Source: Chloroflexota bacterium
Lineage (GTDB): Bacteria; Chloroflexota; Dormibacteria; CF-121
Direction: 5' to 3'
Assembly: GCA_005882045.1 (NCBI GenBank)
Contig: VBHO01000010.1
Span: 680 to 64,679 of the forward strand
Length of the DNA stretch: 64,000 nucleotides
Both the position numbers and the translations under genes were made by a program. Below the pieces are notes generated by a model. That model was not told the origin of the DNA. It ran no database searches and worked only from the letters and a program-made list of their open reading frames with translations. The stretch's first letter is position 1. Every line of letters starts with the position of its first letter. Below, piece after piece: positions 19,475-27,953 of this stretch.

Positions 19475-20471
19475 GCGGGCTGCGCCTCCCGCTTCTGGAC
19501 ACGCTCGCGTAGGAACGCGGCGGAATCCTCGGGCTTGACGACGTTGATCCACATTCCGGTCCCCAGCTCGAAGCCCGCGGCGGTGCTGAGCTTGGGAATC
19601 AGCTCGAGGTGCCAGTGGTACGCATCGCCGACGTCAGCCTTGAGCGGCGCACTGTGGATGAAGTAGTTGAAGGGCGGATCGTTCAGGCCTTCGCGCAAGG
19701 CTTTCAGCGTGAGTTGCAGCGCCTCCGCAAACGCCGGTTTCTCTCGGCTGAGATCGAGGTCGCCGAAGGATGCCGTATCCTCGCCGCATAAGGCGCAAAG
19801 ACGACGAAAGCATCGTTCTCGAACACGATGCGGGCGCCGGCGGCGAGCTCGTCGTCCAGCGTCCGGCAGAAGACGCAGGCATGCTGCTCCTGATGGAAGC
19901 GCCGCCCACCCTGCAGCTCCTCGGTGAAACTCGGTGAAACCAGGCTGATGGCATAGAGCTGGGAATGCGGATGCTCCAGCGAGGCCCCGGCTGGGCGGCC
20001 GTGGTTATACAGGATCAGCACGTGCTCGAGTTGCGGATCATTGGCGTGGTGGCGATAGCGGTCGACGTAGGACTGGACGATCTCCTCCACCTGCCGCCGG
20101 GGCAACAACGGCGTCGGCGCCACGTGGTCGGGGCTGCTGATCAACACCTCGCAGGCGCCGATGGCATCGCGCTGCCAGAAGCGACCCTCCCGCTGTTCCT
20201 GCCCATCCGGCTCGAGCCGAAACGCCGCATACAGGTTCGGCACCACCCGCACCCACCAGCCCTGGCCATTGGGCGTCCCGCCCGGCGCGCGGTAGGCGAG
20301 CACCTCCGGCGGCGTCATCGCCTCATGCCCGGGGCAGAAGGGGCACACATCGCGGGCCGCGACCGCCTCCTTGACTGCCTGGGTGAACGAATCGGGCCGC
20401 CTCGCGCGCTCGGTGGCGACGGCCACCCAGCGCCCCGTGATCAGATCCTGACGAAGCTGGGGCAGGGGCAA
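19471..20471 (-). pseudogene. galT: Galactose-1-phosphate uridylyltransferase (GalT, HIT superfamily) interrupted by a frameshift near 19770-19790.
   Basis: Upstream ORF (20471-19704) carries the Zn motif CPFCPGHE and ends in out-of-frame residues. Downstream ORF (19698-19471) carries the HIT motif [11 protein letters not shown]. Hand translation shows the two frames join at ...AARIRHP / FGDLDLSRE, needing 1 nt. Either a genuine pseudogene or a sequencing indel. Confidence 0.7.
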
Positions 20472-20549
20472 ACTCCTGGGGAAGGACGCGAGAACGCAGT
20501 GTCCATTATGCCGTAAGGTTTAACGTTTAGCATTGTCGCGGCCGATCCC

Positions 20550-21392
20550 TTGGCCGGTGAGTGCGGCGTCGCGGTGGCGTCGAAGTTCCTGTCGGCCGGG
20601 GCCGTGGTCCCCTGGGCTCGGGGTGGGGTGGGTGCGATCGCCACCCAGTCGTACGCCAATACGAGTTACGGCCCGGCCGGCCTCGACCTGCTGGCGGACG
20701 GCGTGTCACCCCAGGCCGTCATCGACCGGCTAACCGCCGCCGATCCCGACTCGGCGAAGCGCCAGGTCGGCATCGTCGATATGAAGGGTGGCGCGGCAAG
20801 CTTTACCGGCAGTGCGTGTTTTCCCTGGTTCGGAGGCCTGACCAGTGACCACGTCGCCATCCAGGGCAACATCCTGGTCGGCGAAGCAACGGTTAGCGCC
20901 ATGCTGCGGGCCTTTCAGACCACCACGGGCACTCTCGCCGGACGCTTGCTCGCCGCATTGAAGGCGGGGGATCGCGCCGGCGGCGACCGCCGCGGGAAGC
21001 AGTCGGCGGCGCTGCTGGTGGTCAAGCCGGCTGGTGGGTACGGCGGCCTCAACGACCGCTACCTGGACTTGCGAGTCGATGACAACCCCCATCCGGTTGA
21101 CGAGCTCGAACGGCTCACCCGCCTCTGGCGCCTCTACTTTGAAAAACCGGCCGAGGACGACCTGCTGGTCATCGATGAGCGGCTGGCGCATGAGTTGCGC
21201 GACGGCCTGCGCCGTTTGGGGTACGATGCGGGCCCCGACGGCGAGCCTTGGGGCGACCGGGCTCGCCGTGCCTTCACCGCCTTCTCGGAGATGGAAAACC
21301 TCGAGGACCGACTGCGCGCCGACGGCCGCACCGACCGCCAGGTGCTTGCCTACTTTCGGGACCGGCTCGCCTCCTCCTCCGGCTCGGCGTAG
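20550..21392 (+). CDS. DUF1028-family protein (predicted Ntn-hydrolase-like fold).
   Basis: The translation GECGVAVASKFLSAGAVVPWARGGVGAIATQSYAN matches the DUF1028 N-region. The conserved extreme N-terminus (T)FSIVAADP is encoded upstream (20523-20549) but has no canonical start codon. Confidence 0.65.
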   Translation: MAGECGVAVASKFLSAGAVVPWARGGVGAIATQSYANTSYGPAGLDLLADGVSPQAVIDRLTAADPDSAKRQVGIVDMKGGAASFTGSACFPWFGGLTSDHVAIQGNILVGEATVSAMLRAFQTTTGTLAGRLLAALKAGDRAGGDRRGKQSAALLVVKPAGGYGGLNDRYLDLRVDDNPHPVDELERLTRLWRLYFEKPAEDDLLVIDERLAHELRDGLRRLGYDAGPDGEPWGDRARRAFTAFSEMENLEDRLRADGRTDRQVLAYFRDRLASSSGSA

Positions 21393-21985
21393 GTGAGCCG
21401 GGCACCGATCCGGCGAAAGCCAAGCCTTTCGTAAAGGGCCTCCGCGCCAGGATTCTCTGCGTCGAGGAAGACCAGGCTGCCACCGTCGTGGAATTGCCGC
21501 TCGATGAGCGCGCTGCAGATGGTCGCGGCGACGCCCCGACGCCGAAACGGCGGGTCGGTCACGACCCCGTACAGCTCGGCGACCCCGTCGACGGTGCCGA
21601 TCGACGCCCGGCCAGCCACCTGACCGGCCAGCTCCCCAACGGCGCGCAGCGTCGACGGATAGCGCGGATCGACATCGAGAAACCGGACCACCACCGACGA
21701 GCTCGTAAACGGCCGAAATTCGCCCGGCTCGCAGGCCATCAACGCGTTGCGGCTCTCGAGGATCAGGCCAGCCCGATCCAGCGCTGCACCGAGCTCCGGC
21801 CAGGTTTCCTCGTTGAACTCCAGGCGCAGCGGCTCGTGGTGGCTGCGGTAGCGGGCCCGAAGCGCGGCGATGGCGGCCGGCAATCTCTCGTCAAGCGGAT
21901 CCACCGGCAGCGCGTAGTTGAATCCGACCATCTCGCCGGTTCGTCCTGGAATGGCACGGAAAGGTGCGATGACCTCCACCGGCAC
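21350..21985 (-). CDS. GNAT-family N-acetyltransferase.
   Basis: Acetyl-CoA binding motif A region (LYGVVTDPPFRRRGVAATICSALI) and C-terminal LYERLGFRRIG. Convergent 43-nt overlap with the DUF1028 3' end. Confidence 0.7.
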   Translation of the reverse strand: MPVEVIAPFRAIPGRTGEMVGFNYALPVDPLDERLPAAIAALRARYRSHHEPLRLEFNEETWPELGAALDRAGLILESRNALMACEPGEFRPFTSSSVVVRFLDVDPRYPSTLRAVGELAGQVAGRASIGTVDGVAELYGVVTDPPFRRRGVAATICSALIERQFHDGGSLVFLDAENPGAEALYERLGFRRIGARLTYAEPEEEASRSRK

Positions 21986-22072
21986 CTGGGTGGCGGCCTT
22001 CTCGAGGAGCGTCAGCTCCCATCGTTGCAGCCGGTCGATGGTCGTGATCGACGAAGGAGTGGGTGCCAGTGG

Positions 22073-23128
22073 TCAGGCCGACGGCAAGCCGGCTTCCGTC
22101 GCCGACCTGGCGCTGAGCTCGCCGGCGAAGTGGCAGGCGGCCACCTGCCCCGGACGTCCGTGCGCGACCAGCGGCGGCTCGATTTCGGAGCACACGCCGG
22201 GTACGCGCGCGATCGGACAGCGGGTGTGAAAGCGGCAGCCACTCGGTGGGTTGACCGGCGAGGGAATCTCGCCCTTGAGCGGGATCGGCTCGCGGTTGGC
22301 CTCGCGGCGCGGGTCCGGGACCGGGATGGAGCTGAGCAGGGCGCTGGTGTAGGGGTGTTGCGGACGGTCGTAGATATCGAGCCGGTCGGCGATCTCCACG
22401 ATCTTCCCCAGGTACATGACGGCGATCCGGTTCGAGATATGCCGGACCACGGCGAGGTCGTGGGCGATGAAGAGATAGGTGAGGTTGAACTCCCGTTGCA
22501 GGTCCTGGAGCAAGTTGATGATCTGGGCCTGGATCGAGACGTCGAGCGCCGAGACCGGCTCGTCGCAGACGATCAGCGATGGGTTCAACGCCAGCGCCTT
22601 GGCGATGCCGATGCGCTGCCGCTGGCCGCCAGAAAACTCGTGCGGGTAGCGGTTGGTGAAGTTCGGGTTCAAGCCAACAACTCGCAACAATTCCTGGATG
22701 CGCAGCTGCCGCTGCCGGCCGCGGGCGAGTCCGTAGTTGTCGAGCGGTTCGGCGATGATCTCGCCGACTGTCATGCGGGGGTCGAGCGAGGCGAATGGGT
22801 CCTGGAAGATGATCTGCAACTGCCGGCGGATCTGTCGCAACTTGCCGCCGCGCAGCTTGGTCACATCTTTCCCCTCGAAAAAGACGTGCCCACCACTGGC
22901 GGGGTGCAGGGCGGTGATCACCCGGCCCAGGGTCGACTTTCCGCTCCCGGACTCCCCCACCAGCCCGAGCGTTTCCCCCCGGCGAATCTCGAAACTGACC
23001 CCATCGACGGCTCGGACTGCTCCGCCGCCGAGGCCGCCCACCGGGAAATGCTTGTAGACGTTGTCCACCCGCAGGATGACGGGGTCGACGCGGCGCTCGG
23101 TCGAGGGAGGGGCCTCGGCGACTTTCAC
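22073..23128 (-). CDS. oppF: Oligopeptide/dipeptide ABC transporter ATP-binding protein (OppF-type).
   Basis: Walker A GESGSGKST, signature FSGGQRQRIGIAKAL, Walker B LIVCDEPVSALD, C-terminal oligopeptide-transporter extension. GTG start at 23128 overlaps the oppD stop (GTGA). The 481-aa ORF-track entry is an N-terminal over-extension. Confidence 0.88.
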   Translation of the reverse strand: MKVAEAPPSTERRVDPVILRVDNVYKHFPVGGLGGGAVRAVDGVSFEIRRGETLGLVGESGSGKSTLGRVITALHPASGGHVFFEGKDVTKLRGGKLRQIRRQLQIIFQDPFASLDPRMTVGEIIAEPLDNYGLARGRQRQLRIQELLRVVGLNPNFTNRYPHEFSGGQRQRIGIAKALALNPSLIVCDEPVSALDVSIQAQIINLLQDLQREFNLTYLFIAHDLAVVRHISNRIAVMYLGKIVEIADRLDIYDRPQHPYTSALLSSIPVPDPRREANREPIPLKGEIPSPVNPPSGCRFHTRCPIARVPGVCSEIEPPLVAHGRPGQVAACHFAGELSARSATEAGLPSA

Positions 23129-24183
23129 CCGGATCCGGCCTGCTTGAGCTCGGTCGCCGCCTCGCGCGACACTTCTCCGGCCTTGGTCTCCTCTCGCTGT
23201 TCCTGCGCCACGTTGCGCATCATCACCCAGCATCGAGCCACCTGGTTGGGCGCCACTTCCTCGAGGGGCGGCTCCTCCCGCTCGCATTTCTCGATCTTGA
23301 ACCGGCAGCGGGGGTGGAATTTGCAGCCGGGCGGCAGGCGCACCAGGTCCGGCGGCAACCCCTTGATGCTGACCAGGCGTTCGGCGCGGGCCACATCGAC
23401 CCGGGGGACGGAGCGCAGCAGGGACCAGGTATACGGGTGCTGGGGGCTGTCGAAGATCTGCTCGACCGGCCCTTCCTCGACGATCCGGCCCGCGTACATC
23501 ACGATGATGCGCTGGCAAAGGCTGGCCACCAGGGCCATGTTGTGGGTGATCAGGATGATGGCTGCCCCAACGTCGCGATTGAGCTGCTTTAGCAGCTGGA
23601 TGATCTGCGCCTGGACCGTGACGTCGAGGGCGGTGGTCGGCTCGTCGGCGATCAGCAGTTCTGGCTCGTTGGACAGGCCCATGGCGATCATGGCCCGCTG
23701 CCGCATCCCGCCCGAGAACTGGTGTGGGTAGTCCTGTGCCCGCCGGGCCGCCTCGGGGATTCGCACCTGCTGGAGGAGCGGGATGATTCGCGCCTGCGCC
23801 TCCTTCTTCGAGAAGCGCTCGTGGGCCGTCATCGCCTCATCGATCTGGGTCCCGACCTTGGTCACCGGGTTGAGTGACGTCATCGGGTCCTGAAAGATCA
23901 TGGCGACGTCGTTGCCGCGAAACTCACGGACGTCGTCGTCGTTCATCTGGACGACGTCCTGGTCCTTGAACAGGATCCGCCCAGACACGATCCGTCCGGG
24001 GTCAGGGACCAGCCGCAGGATGGAAAAGGCGGTCATCGTCTTCCCCGAGCCCGACTCCCCGACGATGCCGACCGTCTCCCCGCGATTGACGTTGAAGCTG
24101 ATCCCGTCTACCGCGTGGACGATTCCGCGAGAGGTGAAGAACTGCGTGCGCAGGTCCTCGACGCGCAAGAGAGGCGCTGCCAC
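23125..24183 (-). CDS. oppD: Oligopeptide/dipeptide ABC transporter ATP-binding protein (OppD-type).
   Basis: Walker A GESGSGKTM, signature FSGGMRQRAMIAMGL, Walker B LLIADEPTTALD, C-terminal Cys-rich Opp extension (CKFHPRCRFKIEKC). Confidence 0.88.
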   Translation of the reverse strand: MAAPLLRVEDLRTQFFTSRGIVHAVDGISFNVNRGETVGIVGESGSGKTMTAFSILRLVPDPGRIVSGRILFKDQDVVQMNDDDVREFRGNDVAMIFQDPMTSLNPVTKVGTQIDEAMTAHERFSKKEAQARIIPLLQQVRIPEAARRAQDYPHQFSGGMRQRAMIAMGLSNEPELLIADEPTTALDVTVQAQIIQLLKQLNRDVGAAIILITHNMALVASLCQRIIVMYAGRIVEEGPVEQIFDSPQHPYTWSLLRSVPRVDVARAERLVSIKGLPPDLVRLPPGCKFHPRCRFKIEKCEREEPPLEEVAPNQVARCWVMMRNVAQEQREETKAGEVSREAATELKQAGSG

Positions 24184-24187
24184 AGCG

Positions 24188-25093
24188 CTATCTTCGCATT
24201 CGGGGATCGATGGCGTCTCTCAGTCCATCTCCGATGAAACTGAACGACAGCATGGTGACGGCCAGCGCCAGCGCCGGCACCAGCACCTGGTGTGGGTAGG
24301 CGAAGATCGCCTGGTTTCCGTCCGAGATCATGATGCCCCAGCTCGGAGTGGGTGGCGGGATGCCGACGCCCAGGTAGCTGAGGGTAGCCTCGAGGAAGAT
24401 CGCCCGCGGGATGCCGAAGGTCAGGCTCACGATGATCGGGCCGAGGGTGTTGGGCAGCAGGTGCCGGAGGATGATCTTCGAAGGACCGCTGCCGGCGGCA
24501 CGCGCGCCTTCCACGAACTCCTTCTCCTTGAGCGAAAGCACCTGGCCGCGGATGAGCCGGGAGAGGTCGACCCACCCAATCAGCCCGATGGCCCCGAAGA
24601 TGACGAACAGGCTGGGCTGGAAGACGGAGACCACGACCAGAATGAAAAGCAGGTCCGGGAAGGCATACCAGATGTCGACGAAGCGCATCAGCAGGTTGTC
24701 GGTTCGGCCGCCGAAGTACCCGGCGATCAGCCCGATGGTGCCGCCGACCACGAGGTAGATCGCCTGCACGGTCAGCCCGATGGTGAGCGAGATCCGGGCG
24801 CCGAACATGGTCCGACTCAACAGGTCACGGCCGAGGTAGTCGGTGCCGAGCAGATGCTGGAGGCTGGGCCCCGCGTAGGAGTCCGCGGGGTTCTGCTTGA
24901 GCGGATCCGCGATCACGTGGAAGTTCACCAGGAGCGGTGCGAACAGGGCGTCGAGCGCGAGCAGAATGACGAAGACCAGCCCGCCGACCGCGATCGGGTT
25001 TCGACGGAAGCGCAGCCAGGCGTCCTGCCAGAGCCCGATCTGCTCGGGATTTTCCCAATCGATCTGCTCGAGCGAGACGGCCGCGGCAGCCAT
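24188..25093 (-). CDS. oppC: Oligopeptide ABC transporter permease (OppC-type).
   Basis: Polytopic permease with EAA-type loop (KEFVEGARAAGSGPSKIILRHLLPN). Gene order within the opp operon. Confidence 0.85.
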   Translation of the reverse strand: MAAAAVSLEQIDWENPEQIGLWQDAWLRFRRNPIAVGGLVFVILLALDALFAPLLVNFHVIADPLKQNPADSYAGPSLQHLLGTDYLGRDLLSRTMFGARISLTIGLTVQAIYLVVGGTIGLIAGYFGGRTDNLLMRFVDIWYAFPDLLFILVVVSVFQPSLFVIFGAIGLIGWVDLSRLIRGQVLSLKEKEFVEGARAAGSGPSKIILRHLLPNTLGPIIVSLTFGIPRAIFLEATLSYLGVGIPPPTPSWGIMISDGNQAIFAYPHQVLVPALALAVTMLSFSFIGDGLRDAIDPRMRR

Positions 25094-26109
25094 CAGCCGA
25101 GTCTCACGCGGGGATCGATCACGGTGTAGAGCAGGTCGACGACGAGGTTGGCGAGCGCGACGATCACGGAAAACAGGATGGTGGTGGCCAGGATCATTGG
25201 GTAATCACGCGAGCTCACCGCCACCACGAAGGCGCGGCCGATGCCGGGGATGGCGAAGACGCTCTCCACGATCACCGATCCGGTGATCAGGACCGCGAAG
25301 GTCGGACCCAGCGCCGATACCACCGGGATCAGCGAATTCTTCAAGACGTGCTTGGTGACGACCAGGCGCTCGCGCAGGCCTTTCGCCCAGGCGGTGCGCA
25401 CGTAATCCTGGCGGAGCACTTCGAGCGTGCTGGCTCGCGTCAGGCGCGCGATGAACGCGATCGGCAAGACGGATAGGGTGACGACGGGCATGATGAGGTG
25501 CTGGTCGAATGCGAAACCGCCCGTCGGCAGTGAGAAGTTGCCGCCGGTGACGCGGTAGAGCGTGACCGAGAAGATGATGATCAGGATGATGCCGACGACG
25601 AAGGCAGGCGTCGACGCGCCGATCGTGCTGAAACCAACCACGAGATAGTCGACCCAGGTGTTCTGCCGCAGTGCGGCAATGACGCCGATCCCGATGCCGA
25701 AGATCACGATCATCAGGAAGGCGAGCAGTCCGATGGTCGCGGTGGGCGGCCAGCTTCGCAAGATGAGGCTGCTGACCGGCTGGTCCTCGTATTGGTACGA
25801 GAGGCCGAAGTCGAAATGCACCACGTTGACCAGGTAGCGGCCGTACTGGACGAGAACCGGGTCGCTCAGACCGTACTTCGCGTTTAGGTTGCGAACCACC
25901 GCCGCCGAGAGCTGTTTTCCTTCCTTATCCCATGGGCTGCCGGGGGCGAGGTGCATCAGCACGAAGGTGATGGTGATGACGAAGAAGAGGACCGGGACCA
26001 ACCACAGGATTCGTCGGACGACGTACAGGCCGAGGCCGGCCCCTCGGCCCCGCGGAATCTTGATGGAGAGAAGGGCGCCCCGCGGCGGGGCGCCCTGTGC
26101 TACTGCCAA
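25093..26109 (-). CDS. oppB: Oligopeptide ABC transporter permease (OppB-type).
   Basis: N-terminal YVVRRILWLVPVLFFVITITF is typical of OppB/DppB. EAA loop DYVRTAWAKGLRERLVVTKHVLKNSLIP. Confidence 0.85.
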   Translation of the reverse strand: MAVAQGAPPRGALLSIKIPRGRGAGLGLYVVRRILWLVPVLFFVITITFVLMHLAPGSPWDKEGKQLSAAVVRNLNAKYGLSDPVLVQYGRYLVNVVHFDFGLSYQYEDQPVSSLILRSWPPTATIGLLAFLMIVIFGIGIGVIAALRQNTWVDYLVVGFSTIGASTPAFVVGIILIIIFSVTLYRVTGGNFSLPTGGFAFDQHLIMPVVTLSVLPIAFIARLTRASTLEVLRQDYVRTAWAKGLRERLVVTKHVLKNSLIPVVSALGPTFAVLITGSVIVESVFAIPGIGRAFVVAVSSRDYPMILATTILFSVIVALANLVVDLLYTVIDPRVRLG

Positions 26110-26118
26110 GCGTGTTCT

Positions 26119-27798
26119 CTAGTGCTGGGCGATCGAGACCTTGCCCCAGAACCAGTCGCCGATGACCTCGAAGTCCTCGGCCGTCGTCGTCAGCCCCTGG
26201 AGGTACGGCTTCACCAGCTGGTAATAGGTCCGCTGGTACAGGAAGCCGCCACCAGCATCATCGATGAGGATTTTCTGCGCCTGGTCGTAGAGGTCCTGGC
26301 GCTTCTTCGCGTCCGGCTCGACGTCGGCCTTCTTCACGAGCGCGTCGTAGTCCGGGTTGCTGTAGCCACCGAACACGTTGCCGCTGCCGGTCATCCAGAT
26401 GTCGAACCAGTCCTGGTCGTCCGGATAGTCGGCGCCCCAGCCGCCCACGTACAGCTGGTAATCGTGCTTGCGGAGGCGCGTCGTCACGGTCTTGCTGTCG
26501 ATGACCACCTGGTTGACTTTGACCCCGAGGTTGGTCTGCAGCTGATCGGCGAGGAACTCGCCGAGTTGCTTGTTGGCCGTGCTGTTCCGGATCAGGAAAT
26601 CGATCGTGATCTTGCTCGGATCGCCGACCGCCGAGGTCAGCATGGTCTTGGCGGCGGCGGGATCAAACGCCTGCGACGCGCCGAGGTCAGGCCGGTAGCC
26701 GTTCATGCCCTTCGGAATAAAGAAGGGCGCGGGAGACCAGCGGCCCCTGCCGACATTTTTGACCATCGAGTCGCGGTCAACCGCCTTCGAGAACGCGAGG
26801 CGCGCTTTCGGGTTGTTGAACGGCGCCTTCCGGGTGTTGAAGTCCATCCAGAAGAGCGTTAGCTGGGGAACGATCTTGAGCTGCTTGCTCAGAACCGGGT
26901 CGTTCTTGACCAGGTCGGTGTTCGCCAGCGGAACGTTGTCGATATCGAGCTCGCCGTTCAGGTACTTCGCATAAGCCTGGTTGTCGTCGGCAATCTCGTA
27001 CTCGATAACCTTGGTGAGCGTCGGTGCCCCACCCCAGTAAAAGGTATTCGGCACCAGCGTGAGGTGGTCCTTCGAGACCATTTCCGAAACCTTGAACTGA
27101 CCGTTCGTGATCAGCGAGTCGGGCGAGGTCGCCCACTTGTCCGACCCGAACTTATCGACCACGTCCTTGCGAACCGGGGCCGACATCCAGAGGCTGGCGA
27201 TCCACTTGAAGTAGGGCGCCGGCGCCTGCAGCTTGACGACGAAGGTCGAGGCGTCCGGTGCGGAGAGGCCGAGACCTTTGATGAAGTCGGGGATCTTGGC
27301 CGCATCCTTGGTCGGATCGAGGTTGCCGTAGTCCGCCGCGCCCGCAATGGTGCCATCGAAGAAGGGATCGGCATATGGCGCCGCGAGGCGCGGGTCCAGG
27401 ACCCGCTGCCAGGCATAGACGAAGTCGGCGCCCGTGACAGGTTTGCCGTCGTTCCACTTGGCGTTCGAGCGGATGTGGAAGGTCCAGGTCAAGCCATCGG
27501 ACGAGATGTTCCAGCTGGAGGCGGTCGCGCCCACGACATCCGACAGGTCCGGCTTGATCTTCAGGAGCGCCTCGCTGATCGAGGCGCCGGCGTCGGCCTC
27601 ATAGCTGTATTGCTCCTGCCCAGGGTCGAGGCTGTTGGGCTCGGTGTTGATGTTGACCCGTAGCGTCTGGTCCTTCGCGAGGTTGCTCGTAGTGGGGGCG
27701 GAGGTTCCGCACGCCGCCACGACGAGCCCGACCACCGTTAAGAGTGCTGGCACCCGAAGCCATCGGAGTCGAGCGGCTGAATCGTCCATATACGTCAA
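26119..27798 (-). CDS. oppA: Peptide ABC transporter substrate-binding lipoprotein (SBP family 5, OppA/DppA-type).
   Basis: Lipoprotein signal ...LLTVVGLVVAACG. About 550-aa family-5 SBP. First gene of the operon. GGGAGG SD upstream. Confidence 0.85.
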   Translation of the reverse strand: MTYMDDSAARLRWLRVPALLTVVGLVVAACGTSAPTTSNLAKDQTLRVNINTEPNSLDPGQEQYSYEADAGASISEALLKIKPDLSDVVGATASSWNISSDGLTWTFHIRSNAKWNDGKPVTGADFVYAWQRVLDPRLAAPYADPFFDGTIAGAADYGNLDPTKDAAKIPDFIKGLGLSAPDASTFVVKLQAPAPYFKWIASLWMSAPVRKDVVDKFGSDKWATSPDSLITNGQFKVSEMVSKDHLTLVPNTFYWGGAPTLTKVIEYEIADDNQAYAKYLNGELDIDNVPLANTDLVKNDPVLSKQLKIVPQLTLFWMDFNTRKAPFNNPKARLAFSKAVDRDSMVKNVGRGRWSPAPFFIPKGMNGYRPDLGASQAFDPAAAKTMLTSAVGDPSKITIDFLIRNSTANKQLGEFLADQLQTNLGVKVNQVVIDSKTVTTRLRKHDYQLYVGGWGADYPDDQDWFDIWMTGSGNVFGGYSNPDYDALVKKADVEPDAKKRQDLYDQAQKILIDDAGGGFLYQRTYYQLVKPYLQGLTTTAEDFEVIGDWFWGKVSIAQH

Positions 27799-27953
27799 TT
27801 ACCTCCCTTCCAGGGGTTGATGTATCGGCGTTTTTGAATTGCCTTCAAAGCCGAATCGCCGTAATCATGACCTACCGGGTGTCAAGACATCAAGAAAATC
27901 GTCCAAATATTAAGCTCTATTAGACCGGTGCCCTTTCGGGGGCCGCCGACCGG

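Noticed and set aside
21248-23731. 827-aa plus-strand ORF, the largest in the track
   Set aside because: It lies entirely antisense to the oppF/oppD genes and reads as low-complexity Arg/Gly/Ala-rich translation. It is a classic high-GC shadow ORF with no motifs. Similar long antisense ORFs were rejected at 2122-3693, 13216-15036, 18089-19441, 30534-31673, 32847-33833, 34666-35493, 39046-40146, 54865-55992, 56452-57801 and 62924-63646.
27921-27953. GC hairpin (GGTGCCCTTTCGGGGGCC) downstream of the GH57-GlgA stop on the minus strand, in an AT-richer 155-nt spacer before oppA
   Set aside because: A plausible terminator and oppA promoter region, but the stem is short and only a weak U-tract follows on the minus strand. 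Evidence is too weak for a feature call.
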